From the NCBI GenBank assembly GCA_964529025.1, contig CAZGUZ010000003.1, positions 22,368 through 86,367 of the forward strand: a stretch of 64,000 nucleotides of DNA, given 5' to 3'. Below the pieces are notes generated by a model. It had not been told where the DNA came from and made no database searches. It was given only the letters and a program-made list of their open reading frames with translations. The position numbers were made by a program, and so were the translations under genes. The DNA is from an uncultured Candidatus Saccharibacteria bacterium (GTDB lineage Bacteria; Patescibacteriota; Minisyncoccia; Phycocordibacterales; PALSA-1337). Position 1 is the stretch's first letter; each line of letters opens with the position of its first letter. Positions 9,915 through 19,589 of this stretch are shown here, one piece after another.

Positions 9915-11321
9915 TTACGTCATCATAGAACGGATTTGTGAGATTTCTTGAGCTAAAGCAGAGTCGTCTTTAACGTTATTTTTAATCTTTTCACATGAGT
10001 GAATAATGGTTGTATGGTCTCGACCACCAAGCTTTTCTCCGATTGAAGGATATGAAATATTAAAGTCCTCTCGAAGAATATACATAATGATTTGTCGAGG
10101 TTTAACCACTTCTTTTTTACGAGTTTTATCAAAAATACTTGCTTCATCTACTCCGTAGAATTCAGAGATAATCTTAATAACCTCTTTTACTGAAACATTC
10201 TTCTTTGGTTTCGCTGTGTTCTTAATGAGATTCTTGATTTCATTAATATTAGGAGCCCTTCCCTTAAGCTGAACGTGCATAATAATGGAATTGAGTATGC
10301 CCTCAAGTTCTCGAATACTGGTTTCAACATTTGAAGCCAAAAACTCAAGTACTTCATTTTCAAGAATTACATTGTGAAAATTAGCCTTAGCTCGCAAAAT
10401 TGACATTCGAGACTCTAAATCAGGGGCTGGAATATCAACAATCATACCCGCACCAAAACGTGATCTGAGGCGTTCCTCAAGCTCGGGAATATGATGAGGA
10501 TGCTTATCAGAAGAAAATACGAATTGCTTATTGTTATCGTGAAAAATGTTAAATAAATGGAAGAGTTCTTCTTGAAACTTCTCTTTGCTCGAGAAAAACT
10601 GAATGTCGTCCATGATTAAAACATCGTATGCACGGTACTTTTGCTTAAAATCATTAGCTTTTCCTTGGGTAAGGGCTGTTGAATAATCAAGACCAAACTT
10701 TTCTGAGGTTAAATAATGAATCTTTTTCTGTGGAAAGTTCTTTTTGATCTGATTTCCAATGGCTTGCATAAGATGAGTTTTGCCGAGACCTGTGTTTCCA
10801 TAGACAAAGAAAGGGTTATATACACGACCAGGGTTCTTTACGACAGCTTGAGCCGCTGCATGAGCAAGTTCATTGAATGATCCAACAACAAAAGAATCAA
10901 AGGTATAGCGAGGATTAAGGCCGTCTTCTTTAGTTACGTATAAATCCTGAAGCGGGAGTATGTTATTAGGTGCAGGCTGAGGTTTCTGGTTTTCGTGCTT
11001 TTTAAGTGTGCCCTCTTTTACGACAATGTATTCAATGGCGCGTATGTCGCTTGAAATTTCGCGCATATTGCGAAGAAGAGTCGGGTGGAACTTTGTAGAA
11101 ATCCAATCGAGTATGAAGTTATTAGGAACTCCAACGTACACAGTGCCCTCCTCTCTACGGATAATACGAGCTTCGCGGAACCACGTAGACAAACTCGCTT
11201 GAGAAATTGTAGTTGCAATGTTTGAAAGAACAGTTTCCCAAAGGCGAGTGTTATCCATACGGTAAAAAGTTATTGCTCTACTAAGTGACTCTAGTATATC
11301 GCGTATGAAAGTAGTGCACAC
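9915..11321 (-). CDS. dnaA: Chromosomal replication initiator DnaA
   Basis: AAA+ Walker A GNTGLGKTHLMQAIGN, Walker B LIMDDIQF, and the C-terminal DNA-binding domain with the DnaA signature; 468 aa. Confidence 0.95.
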   Translation of the reverse strand: MCTTFIRDILESLSRAITFYRMDNTRLWETVLSNIATTISQASLSTWFREARIIRREEGTVYVGVPNNFILDWISTKFHPTLLRNMREISSDIRAIEYIVVKEGTLKKHENQKPQPAPNNILPLQDLYVTKEDGLNPRYTFDSFVVGSFNELAHAAAQAVVKNPGRVYNPFFVYGNTGLGKTHLMQAIGNQIKKNFPQKKIHYLTSEKFGLDYSTALTQGKANDFKQKYRAYDVLIMDDIQFFSSKEKFQEELFHLFNIFHDNNKQFVFSSDKHPHHIPELEERLRSRFGAGMIVDIPAPDLESRMSILRAKANFHNVILENEVLEFLASNVETSIRELEGILNSIIMHVQLKGRAPNINEIKNLIKNTAKPKKNVSVKEVIKIISEFYGVDEASIFDKTRKKEVVKPRQIIMYILREDFNISYPSIGEKLGGRDHTTIIHSCEKIKNNVKDDSALAQEISQIRSMMT

Positions 11322-11469
11322 TTGTGGCGTTTATATAATTATGTTGAGAAGTTGTGGAAAACCTGTTAATAAAAATTTTTTGAGATATTTTTGGTAGATC
11401 ACTTCCCTTTTTTAAAATGTAGTATGAAGAGTTGATATTTCTACGGTTTTAATGTACATTAGTATCACT

Positions 11470-11604
11470 ATGTCATTTACGTATTCCCCAAAGACACGAA
11501 AGCGAGCAAAGACACACGGCTTTCGAGTACGCATGAAGTCTAAGACAGGTCGCCGAGTTATTTCTCGACGCCGAGCACTTGGCCGAAAGCGCCTCGCTGT
11601 TTAG
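11470..11604 (+). CDS. rpmH: 50S ribosomal protein L34
   Basis: Hand-translated as [44 protein letters not shown] (44 aa, too short for the ORF track). It has the classical position divergent from dnaA and upstream of rnpA. Confidence 0.9.
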   Translation: MSFTYSPKTRKRAKTHGFRVRMKSKTGRRVISRRRALGRKRLAV

Positions 11605-11616
11605 TCTATTTATTAT

Positions 11617-11934
11617 ATGTTTAGCCGACGCGCACGAGTAACAACGTCGCTCTTTACTGAAGCATTGGCTTCAAGGAACGTTGTTTCTACGCCGTATGCA
11701 ACACTACGAGTACTTCCCCATGGGAGTACTCGTTGTGCTATTGTGGTATCTAAAAAGGTGGCAAAAAGCGCTGTAGTTCGCAATAGAATTAAGCGACAGG
11801 TTTCCCATATACTTAAAAAAATAAAGCTTCCTACTGCAATTATTCTGGTTTTCATTAAACCTTCATATATTGGTGCGGATAGAAATCAGATTATTACAAC
11901 TTTTACCGAGATAGTGCCTAAAATTAAGGTTTAG
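11617..11934 (+). CDS. rnpA: RNase P protein component
   Basis: 105 aa, basic, with the RNR motif region VVRNRIKRQV, directly after rpmH. Confidence 0.85.
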   Translation: MFSRRARVTTSLFTEALASRNVVSTPYATLRVLPHGSTRCAIVVSKKVAKSAVVRNRIKRQVSHILKKIKLPTAIILVFIKPSYIGADRNQIITTFTEIVPKIKV

Positions 11935-11948
11935 CGTACAATACACAC

Positions 11949-12722
11949 ATGTCATACTTATATACCAATTTTATATTTAATCCGCTCTACAACGCGCTTA
12001 TTTATTTACTCGACCTCTTCCCTTTCCTTGATATTGGTATCGCCGTTATTGTTTTTACCTGTCTCGTAAAGTTTGTTTTATACCCTCTTTCAAAGAAAGC
12101 GCTTGTTACGCAGGTTCGCATGAAAGAAATTGAGCCGAAAATGAAAGAGATCCGCATAAAGTATGCGAACGATCAAAAGAAGCAAGCAGAAGAAACATTT
12201 GCTTTATATCGAAATGCAAAAGTTAACCCTTTTTCAAGTATCATTGTTTTAGTTATACAGCTCCCTATTATTTTCGCACTCTATGCCGTTTTTGCCCGAT
12301 CAGGATTGCCTGTAATTAATGAAGCGATTCTGTATTCATTTATTCAGCCTCCAGTTATTGATATGAATTTCCTTGGACTGTTTGATGTTGGTTCAAAAAG
12401 TATTGTTTTGGCTCTTATTGCAGGAGCAACACAGTATTTTCAGCTCAAATACTCACTTTCAAATGTCGGTACACCGGTTTCTAGCACACAAGAGAATAAG
12501 AGCTCAAACCAAAGTAAGCCCGATTTTCAAGAAGAGTTTGCAAAGAGCATGTCACTTTCAATGAAATACGTATTTCCTATTCTTATGGTAGGTATTTCTT
12601 ACTCAGTCTCAGCAGCTATTGCCCTTTATTTTATTACAAGCAGTCTTTTTACACTGGTTCAAGAAATAGTAATTCGCCGACATATTAAAGCGTTGCAGCA
12701 AGAAGCTGCTACTATCAGTTAA
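11949..12722 (+). CDS. yidC: Membrane protein insertase YidC (short Gram-positive/CPR type)
   Basis: 257 aa with about 5 TM segments, a conserved YSFIQPP-like segment, and the rpmH-rnpA-yidC synteny. Confidence 0.9.
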   Translation: MSYLYTNFIFNPLYNALIYLLDLFPFLDIGIAVIVFTCLVKFVLYPLSKKALVTQVRMKEIEPKMKEIRIKYANDQKKQAEETFALYRNAKVNPFSSIIVLVIQLPIIFALYAVFARSGLPVINEAILYSFIQPPVIDMNFLGLFDVGSKSIVLALIAGATQYFQLKYSLSNVGTPVSSTQENKSSNQSKPDFQEEFAKSMSLSMKYVFPILMVGISYSVSAAIALYFITSSLFTLVQEIVIRRHIKALQQEAATIS

Positions 12723-12757
12723 CGACAAGTTCTGTAGGTCAATATAAGTTCTATAAA

Positions 12758-14161
12758 CTAATCATTAAGATCAAGAGCCCAAAGAGTGAGGTCTTGTTTA
12801 TTCATGAATACAAGGTAGTTTTCACGAGGATCAAATACAGGGTCGAGCACATCGATCTCTTGCTTCGCTTCGTCGTATAAATCGCTCAGGAGAACAGTTT
12901 CCCCTGTTTGAGTGTTGAGGTACCAAAGCTTATCATCAAAGCTTACAGTGCCCTTATACCAATCGTCAGGCATAAGGTTTCCAAGAGGTGTGCTTGGCAC
13001 TGCACAGATTACTTCGTATAAACGAACTCTACTCCATGCGCACTTATCGGCAACTGTTCCAAGAACAGTATCAAGAACGTTTCCATCTTTTAATGAATAC
13101 ACTTTAGTTTGAACAATGCGACCGCGTGATTCAGAAAAGAGTATTTTTGCTCCATCTTTACTCATTTTTGTAGTAAGGCCTAAAACATTTGATATTACCT
13201 TATCAAATACACGTGTACGAGTGTTGAGTGTATAAGCATATCCCCCGCTTCTACCAGATGCTTTTGTGGTGAGTACAAGAAACTCTTCAGTTGGCCAATC
13301 AATATTCCATAAAGGAAGTGGCGACTGAAAGATTTGCTGAGAAATAAGAGGGTTTGAAAGGCTTCCAAGCGATAGGGTGATTCCAGAGTTAATGGTACGC
13401 ACAGCAACAAAACGCTCACTTTGAGGTGCTGTTATATACGAAAGAATATCGCGACTCGAAATAGTTGGTTTAACAGTATATGTAGTTTCAGCTGTACGAG
13501 GTAAACCAAGACCCGGTGTTGATGTTGCGGTTGTCGTCGCTGTTGTTCTTACGGGCACAACCGAAGGGTTAGCACGACTAGTAATAGGCTTAATTGTTTG
13601 AATATTGAGTATTGTATGGGTCGGGTTGGTGTCGTTATCACGCAAAAATCCTAAAACAGCATTGTTTCCTGAGGGTGAGAATATTGTTGTGTACACCTTT
13701 GGCAGGGTTGTGTTTGATATTTTAACTACAGCACCAGTTTGAAGATTGGTTTCGTAAATGTGACCGTTTCCACGATCCACAAAACGAACTGTTGAAGATG
13801 TTGCCGATGTGCTTGAAGCATAAAAACCACTCACTGGCTTATCATATACCTGAAAAAGTCGAGGGCGCTTTACTTGCTGAGGAATCTGCTGGTTTGGCTC
13901 CTGACGAGTAGTTGTAGCTATCGGTGCTGGTGCATCAACCCCAGGTGTTAAGCGATTAAACGGAAAGAACCATGGCGATTGATTATTGCCTGTCGTTTGA
14001 GCAGGAATAATGGTTGAAAGTAGTTCTGGTCTAAAAAAGAAAATATACAACCCTACCCCGAAGGCTATGCAGAACACTATAAGAAGAGCGAGGAGTATTT
14101 TTCTTAACATGTTATTTGTAAGTTGCTTTAATATTTTCGAGGCGCTGTCGATACAAATCAA
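12758..14161 (-). CDS. Membrane-anchored secreted protein, Thr-rich linker plus possible beta-propeller C-terminal domain (last gene of the T4SS-like operon)
   Basis: N-terminal TM (ILLALLIVFCIAFGVGLYIFFF) and a Thr-rich stretch. Overlaps the upstream gene by 50 nt. No recognisable catalytic motif. Confidence 0.5.
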   Translation of the reverse strand: MICIDSASKILKQLTNNMLRKILLALLIVFCIAFGVGLYIFFFRPELLSTIIPAQTTGNNQSPWFFPFNRLTPGVDAPAPIATTTRQEPNQQIPQQVKRPRLFQVYDKPVSGFYASSTSATSSTVRFVDRGNGHIYETNLQTGAVVKISNTTLPKVYTTIFSPSGNNAVLGFLRDNDTNPTHTILNIQTIKPITSRANPSVVPVRTTATTTATSTPGLGLPRTAETTYTVKPTISSRDILSYITAPQSERFVAVRTINSGITLSLGSLSNPLISQQIFQSPLPLWNIDWPTEEFLVLTTKASGRSGGYAYTLNTRTRVFDKVISNVLGLTTKMSKDGAKILFSESRGRIVQTKVYSLKDGNVLDTVLGTVADKCAWSRVRLYEVICAVPSTPLGNLMPDDWYKGTVSFDDKLWYLNTQTGETVLLSDLYDEAKQEIDVLDPVFDPRENYLVFMNKQDLTLWALDLND

Positions 14162-15470
14162 GATTCTTTTTATAGAACTGAGCTGTTATGTCGTTTTCGT
14201 ATCCCTCACCAAAAGTTGTTTTAAGTGCTGTCCCTGTTGTTCTTGCGAGCATTCCATTGATAAGCCCTTGGAGCTTAGGTAGATTAGCTGTTGCAAAAAC
14301 TGTTGGTTGAGCTCCTTGTGTAACAACACGAACTGCATACTTTTCATACCGCTTTTCAAGATCAGCGGTGTCGCGAGCAAAGTCAGCCAAACTTGTAATT
14401 GCTTGTCGCCTGTCGTGTACTGCCTTACTCCCTTCTACATCATTCTGTTCAGCCATACTACTAAAAGCGGTATCATAAGGGGCGGTAATCTTGGCTTTTA
14501 TCTCGGGTATTTTTAAGTTTCGGTACCATATGTTTCTGTCGTCAAAAATAGCATCATTTGGATTCCATGGGGTATTTGAATACTCAATATATTCGGGTAC
14601 CACAACAACCTTGAGTGTGTCGTAGTAATCACTAAATCTTTCTATAACAACACTTTCACTTTTTGCTAAAATGAATTTTCTTTGAGGTTCTTTAAGTTTT
14701 TCTTGTATCTTTTTAATACCCTCATCGTCTTCTGGGTCACTCAGTCTGTATGCAGCTGCTTCTTCCTTAATTTTATCCACCTGGTTTTTATATGTTGCAG
14801 ATACATCGTCAAGACCCTCGCTCGCTTTTTCATTGTCTTCCGCTTGCTGAATAGCAGCTTTTTGAAGGTTTTGAATTCTTTTTTCTTCATTCTTAAGGAG
14901 TTGATCGAGTGTCAGAGGATCAAAAACATTATTTTTATCAACTCCAATAGGTGACAGGGGTTCCTGGGCAAGCTCAGTGATTTTGGGATCAATTGTTTGA
15001 AGGAATAAGAAAGAGCCCAGGGTCATAAAAAGACCAATAACTGCATTTTTAATAGTTTCTTTTGCTTCTGACTTCCCTGTAAATGCCTCAGTTGTCATGT
15101 ACTGAACACCTCCATACATAATCATTACAACAGCCAAGATGGATGCTAATGCCAAAAGAAGTCGGTAAGTATAGCCAAGAATTGCATAAAGGTTTACTTT
15201 CTTTACATAACCATCTTCACAGGTAATACCCTCTGTTACTGTTCCTTCTGGTCCATTGACACAAGGGAGTGGCTCAAGGAGTGTGTATTCTCGGCGCTTT
15301 GCATCGCCCGAAACAACATTGTTTGGATTTGATGCAACAGGAGTTTGTGCAGGTGTTGGCGTTGGTGTTTGGGCAAATGCTTCTGAAGTAAATAGAGAAT
15401 AATCACTACCAAGTGTGATGGCTGCAAAAAATATACAAGCAACAATGTGTGATTTAAAAGCTGGTTTCAT
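14112..15470 (-). CDS. Signal peptide + TrbC/VirB2-like two-helix pilin-type domain fused to a roughly 280-aa coiled-coil/charged C-terminal region
   Basis: Signal peptide, PTPTP linker and a Cys pair precede two hydrophobic helices separated by a short loop (LLLALASILAVVMIMYGGVQYM ... AVIGLFMTLGSFLFLQTI). That is the topology of conjugative pilin-like proteins. The gene lies inside the VirB4 cluster. Confidence 0.4.
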   Translation of the reverse strand: MKPAFKSHIVACIFFAAITLGSDYSLFTSEAFAQTPTPTPAQTPVASNPNNVVSGDAKRREYTLLEPLPCVNGPEGTVTEGITCEDGYVKKVNLYAILGYTYRLLLALASILAVVMIMYGGVQYMTTEAFTGKSEAKETIKNAVIGLFMTLGSFLFLQTIDPKITELAQEPLSPIGVDKNNVFDPLTLDQLLKNEEKRIQNLQKAAIQQAEDNEKASEGLDDVSATYKNQVDKIKEEAAAYRLSDPEDDEGIKKIQEKLKEPQRKFILAKSESVVIERFSDYYDTLKVVVVPEYIEYSNTPWNPNDAIFDDRNIWYRNLKIPEIKAKITAPYDTAFSSMAEQNDVEGSKAVHDRRQAITSLADFARDTADLEKRYEKYAVRVVTQGAQPTVFATANLPKLQGLINGMLARTTGTALKTTFGEGYENDITAQFYKKNLDLYRQRLENIKATYK

Positions 15471-16527
15471 TGGAGTTTTGAGCTGTATAGTTAATGGTAA
15501 ATTGTGAGAATACTCTTTGAAGAATATATTCAGGGTTCGTAATTACAAGCCCAACAAGCGCCGTTCCGTTTTCTTTCTGTTCAATACGAAGGGTTGTGGT
15601 ATCTTTCCCTGCTAGCTCGGGGCGCTCTCTATTGTTGAGGCTCCATTCATAGCTAATGTCTGAGTTTTTTGGTCGAGAGAATGAAAACGGTATAACTTTG
15701 TAAGTAACTTCGCTTGATGTTAAAGAAAAGTCTGATGTTACTGCTTTATTATACAATACCCCATACAAAGGACTTTCTTCGTATATCAATACTTCAGGTT
15801 GTGTTGCTTCAATCTCGATAACGGCCTCACCTTGAATTGTTTGGTCTTGTGAAATTACTACGACTTTAATTGAAAAAGGTCGCTGTATAGGTGATCCTGC
15901 AACAGTCAGGGTTTGTTTTCCATAACCAGACTCTGATCCAAGAACAGTTGAATTTTTTGTCCATGTGTAAATAAGGCTCGCTGGGTCAATGCGTTCCCCT
16001 GCACTTGTATACATATGAGGAATTGCAACAAATGTTATGTTTCCTTGGTAAGGAAAACTAGCTTTTCCTTTGTAGAATGGTGGTGTGATACCATCCGAAT
16101 ACCATGTAAGATCAACATCTCCTGGGCGAAGGGTTATTGATCTCTGGTATTTTGTGTTTTCTATGGTCGAAACCGAAACAGTAAGGACATTTGTTTTACC
16201 ACTTGTAGGAGCAATTCCTTCATAAGTTACTTTACCTATCCCACTCGCTACAACTTTGCCATCAATGGTCCAAACAATAGTTGCACCAGAAAGGTTAGTG
16301 TTAAAGCTTTGTATTTTTGCTGTGTAACTCTTATTCGGTCGAACTATTGTTGGGTTAATGGTGAGCTCAAGAGGGTTAAGATTGCCCGAACCAGGTGCAA
16401 TTTGAGCCTGTACTGTAGTTTGTTCAAAAAAACCACCTACATTAATGAATGGAATGAGCAATAAAACCCCTGCAATCGTGAGAATTGCCGGAATTTTCTT
16501 AAGGTGTGAAAAAGTAACACCAAACAT
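15454..16527 (-). CDS. N-terminally anchored secreted protein (beta-rich, Ig-like?), hypothetical
   Basis: N-terminal TM/signal, 357 aa, co-oriented with and overlapping its neighbours in the operon. Confidence 0.5.
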   Translation of the reverse strand: MFGVTFSHLKKIPAILTIAGVLLLIPFINVGGFFEQTTVQAQIAPGSGNLNPLELTINPTIVRPNKSYTAKIQSFNTNLSGATIVWTIDGKVVASGIGKVTYEGIAPTSGKTNVLTVSVSTIENTKYQRSITLRPGDVDLTWYSDGITPPFYKGKASFPYQGNITFVAIPHMYTSAGERIDPASLIYTWTKNSTVLGSESGYGKQTLTVAGSPIQRPFSIKVVVISQDQTIQGEAVIEIEATQPEVLIYEESPLYGVLYNKAVTSDFSLTSSEVTYKVIPFSFSRPKNSDISYEWSLNNRERPELAGKDTTTLRIEQKENGTALVGLVITNPEYILQRVFSQFTINYTAQNSNETSF

Positions 16528-16575
16528 ATATATAGTATAGCACTTGAGACTGCGAACATTTATCCCCTTGAGTCG

Positions 16576-17136
16576 CTATGGTCGGGGTGATTGAGGTCGG
16601 CGAATCCCCCCGCTATTGAGTGGTGGTGGTCGCAAATTACCATTATTAATACCAGATGCTCCGGCACCTACCATACTCGCAGTGCCCGCACCAGTTGCAA
16701 CATTTGCTGTGCGAGCAACATTAGCCGCCCCCTCGGCAGAATTGGCAATTTTACTTGCCCCAGCCTTTTTGCCAAATACATTAACAAGTTTAACTGCTTT
16801 ACCTGCTTTACCAGCAAAAGAATTAGGATCACTATCTGCCTTTACTGTTAACCACGACAAGATTACAGATATTGTCCAAATAGGTATGGTATCTGCAATC
16901 GGAATCATTTCGCCCGTTGCTGTTGCTAAAGAATTGGCTAATTGTTTTGCGGTTACTAAGGATACCCCTCTCCACCATAGATAACCGTTCAAGACAAAAG
17001 TCATTATTAAAGAAATAATGCGATTGACTGCTATACCACTGCCAAAGAAAATATTGAGCAAAATTTGCGCAATATCAACAATGAGTGCAAACACTAAGAT
17101 TGCAAACCACTCACCTTTCGAAATTGGTTTATGCAT
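16576..17136 (-). CDS. Small polytopic membrane protein (3 TM) with Gly/Ala-rich tail, hypothetical T4SS-associated
   Basis: 186 aa, hydrophobic helices, and a stop 2 nt before the VirB4 start. Confidence 0.5.
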   Translation of the reverse strand: MHKPISKGEWFAILVFALIVDIAQILLNIFFGSGIAVNRIISLIMTFVLNGYLWWRGVSLVTAKQLANSLATATGEMIPIADTIPIWTISVILSWLTVKADSDPNSFAGKAGKAVKLVNVFGKKAGASKIANSAEGAANVARTANVATGAGTASMVGAGASGINNGNLRPPPLNSGGIRRPQSPRP

Positions 17137-17137
17137 A

Positions 17138-18955
17138 CTAATTGCCCGCAGCCTTCAATTCTTCTTTTGCCTTTTTAATTGCAAGTACTGCAGATGGATT
17201 GGTGGTAATAATTTGGTCTTCAGTATACGATGCAATTACTTTAATTGCCACATGCTTCATTCCTACGAAGAATATTCCCTCTCCTACATCTGATTCAAGC
17301 AAAAGATACTTTTCTTCATCGGTAAGATTGAATGTTTGCTGAACCGTATCAATTGACGACGGGGATTGCTTAAGAAGAATCTGAATTGATGAGTTGGTAA
17401 TGATAGGCAAACCATACGGAGATTTAAGGAAGTCTTCTACGTCTTGAGTAATTGTTGCTAGACCAAGATAGTATTTTCGACCACGCTTTGCCAAACCAAG
17501 AAGGAATGAAGCTGTATCCTCGGATTTCATCATCCACCAAGCCTCGTCAATAACAAGGAGTCTCTTGCGGAGTTCTCGGCGAATTGCATTCCAAATATAG
17601 TGAGTAACAATGTACATTGCTACAGGCTTGAGCTCATCTTCCATGTCGCGCAAAGAAAACACGACAAACTTTTTATTAATATCTACGTTTGTTGGGCGGT
17701 TAATAAAGCCTGACCATGTTCCACGAGTGTATTTTGTGAGTCTTTGTACTAAAGAGTCTCCCCCTTCCATTCCGGCAAGAACAAGCTCAAAGTCTGACAT
17801 GAGGGGCGGTTCTACACTTCTGAAATCAGAATCAGCCGTAATATCCTTAAGGGCATACGTTTCGGTAATTGCTCTATCAATGATCGAATCTTCTTCTTGA
17901 GAAAGTCCACCAAGCATGATGCGGAAAAGCCCCACAAGGTTAACGATATGTGAGCGCAAAACGTCAGAAGATGCTTCGTCTTCGCGTGGTACGGGTAGGT
18001 CAAATGGGTTAATGTGGTGCTCTGAAGTAAGAGAAATATTAAAATATTTGCCCCCTGTTGCTTCGGCCATGTACTCGTATTCTCGTTCCGGGTCAATAAC
18101 AATTACCTCGGTATCAAACATGAGGGTTCGCAAAATTTCGAGTTTTGTTGCATATGATTTACCTGAACCGGCTTTAGCAAAGGTTACCGAGTTATAGTTT
18201 TCAAGCAAGAAGCGATCAAACAATACAAGCGAAGAGTTGTGGCGGTTAATTCCATACAAAATACCCTTGTCAGATGTAAGGTCAAAAGAAACAAAAGGAA
18301 AGAGACTCGAAAGAGGCGAAGAATTGAGCTTTGAGTGCACATTAAGCTCGTCGTTTGCTGCTGGTAAAACACTGCGATACCCTGCTTCTTGTTGGAATAG
18401 TGCTGGCTTAAGATAAATAAGCTTAGATTCGAGGAGTGACTTTACTTCGGATTCAACCTTATCAAGTTCCTGTGGAGAATCAGCAAAAATTGTAATGTAT
18501 ACTCCAACATCAAAAAGCTTTTCTTGAGCCTGAAGAAGATTGTCTCGAAGACTTTCAAGGTTTTGATATGCGGCATCAAGCTCGGGGTCACGAACAAGAC
18601 CCTTTTCTTCGCGAATATTGATTTGGCTTTGTACTTCAGCCACCTTTTTTTGGAATTGCCGCAAAATCTTTGATGTATCAAGGGGATGAACGTAGATAGA
18701 AATATTAAAAACCTTATCAAGGTTAATAATTGGAGCAAACCAGCTATCAGAAAGGTAGCGGGGATATGAAATTACGTAAAAAGTTCGGGCTATCTTTTCA
18801 CCAAGGTTAAGCTCCTTGGGGCTAATTTTAAGGGCAGAAGGAGCAATAACATCGCGAAGTTCGAGCATTCCAGCTTCATATACCTGCTCAGGCAATACTG
18901 ATGATATTTGAGGTTCTTTTGATTTTTTTGTAAAAAGTGAGTCGAAGATACCCAT
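17138..18955 (-). CDS. VirB4/TrbE/PrgJ-family type IV secretion ATPase (ATPase portion)
   Basis: CagE/TrbE/VirB region (FYVISYPRYLSDSWFAPI), Walker A FAKAGSGKSY and Walker B LLVIDEAWWMM (DEAW is typical of VirB4); 605 aa. Confidence 0.85.
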   Translation of the reverse strand: MGIFDSLFTKKSKEPQISSVLPEQVYEAGMLELRDVIAPSALKISPKELNLGEKIARTFYVISYPRYLSDSWFAPIINLDKVFNISIYVHPLDTSKILRQFQKKVAEVQSQINIREEKGLVRDPELDAAYQNLESLRDNLLQAQEKLFDVGVYITIFADSPQELDKVESEVKSLLESKLIYLKPALFQQEAGYRSVLPAANDELNVHSKLNSSPLSSLFPFVSFDLTSDKGILYGINRHNSSLVLFDRFLLENYNSVTFAKAGSGKSYATKLEILRTLMFDTEVIVIDPEREYEYMAEATGGKYFNISLTSEHHINPFDLPVPREDEASSDVLRSHIVNLVGLFRIMLGGLSQEEDSIIDRAITETYALKDITADSDFRSVEPPLMSDFELVLAGMEGGDSLVQRLTKYTRGTWSGFINRPTNVDINKKFVVFSLRDMEDELKPVAMYIVTHYIWNAIRRELRKRLLVIDEAWWMMKSEDTASFLLGLAKRGRKYYLGLATITQDVEDFLKSPYGLPIITNSSIQILLKQSPSSIDTVQQTFNLTDEEKYLLLESDVGEGIFFVGMKHVAIKVIASYTEDQIITTNPSAVLAIKKAKEELKAAGN

Positions 18956-18956
18956 A

Positions 18957-19589
18957 TTAGTTTGTTTTGATAGGCTTCTCAGTATCTCCAGGATTGAATA
19001 TTCTATAGAACAATTCTACCACCTCTTCGGTGCCAAGCGATGCAACACGAATTCCACAGCGTGTAAGCCCCTGCTCTACTACGGATACTCGCTGTTCTAA
19101 CTGGCTTTTATGTTCTTCAAACTCTGCTGTATTCATTGACTTAATCTTTTTCGGAGCAGCAAGAAGCCCAACAAGGCCTTTTCCTTGAGTCTGAATAATT
19201 GCAGGACTATAAGGAACAACAACAAAGAAACCTTTTGTCATGATATTTGAGGCTTCTACGAAGGTTTTGATAAATTCAATATATTCGCGAGTTTGAATTT
19301 TCATGAGTTCAGTACCCTGTTCTTTGTAACGATCCTCAAGAAGTCCGAGGTATGGCCTAATATCAAGCTCTTTTGATTGAATAAAAAACTGTATTGAGAA
19401 ATCAAGAGAGTTAATGAGATTTTGAAACTGAAAAATAATAGAGTTTTGCTCATCAGTTGATTTAAGAGCAAAGTTCAAAGAAGAAGCCATGATAATAGCC
19501 CGCATTGAGCCATCTTTAAGAATGACGATTCCATCACGAATCTCTTGAATAGGTACAAAATCTTGGGTTGTTTTTGATAATTCAGCCAT
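18957..19589 (-). CDS. VirB4-family N-terminal domain encoded as a separate 210-aa ORF (split VirB4 or frameshift)
   Basis: FVPIQEIRDGIVILKDGSMRAIIMASSLNFALKSTDEQNSIIFQFQNLINSL resembles the N-termini of Gram-positive VirB4 homologues (PrgJ/TcpF type). Its stop TAA is 1 nt from the ATG of the ATPase ORF in a different frame. 210 + 605 aa adds up to the normal VirB4 length. Confidence 0.45.
   Translation of the reverse strand: MAELSKTTQDFVPIQEIRDGIVILKDGSMRAIIMASSLNFALKSTDEQNSIIFQFQNLINSLDFSIQFFIQSKELDIRPYLGLLEDRYKEQGTELMKIQTREYIEFIKTFVEASNIMTKGFFVVVPYSPAIIQTQGKGLVGLLAAPKKIKSMNTAEFEEHKSQLEQRVSVVEQGLTRCGIRVASLGTEEVVELFYRIFNPGDTEKPIKTN

Noticed and set aside
16591-16984. Plus-strand ORFs of 86 and 122 aa
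   Set aside because: They are antisense to the 186-aa membrane protein in the tightly packed minus-strand operon. They are Ala-rich artefacts of the Gly/Ala-rich coding strand.
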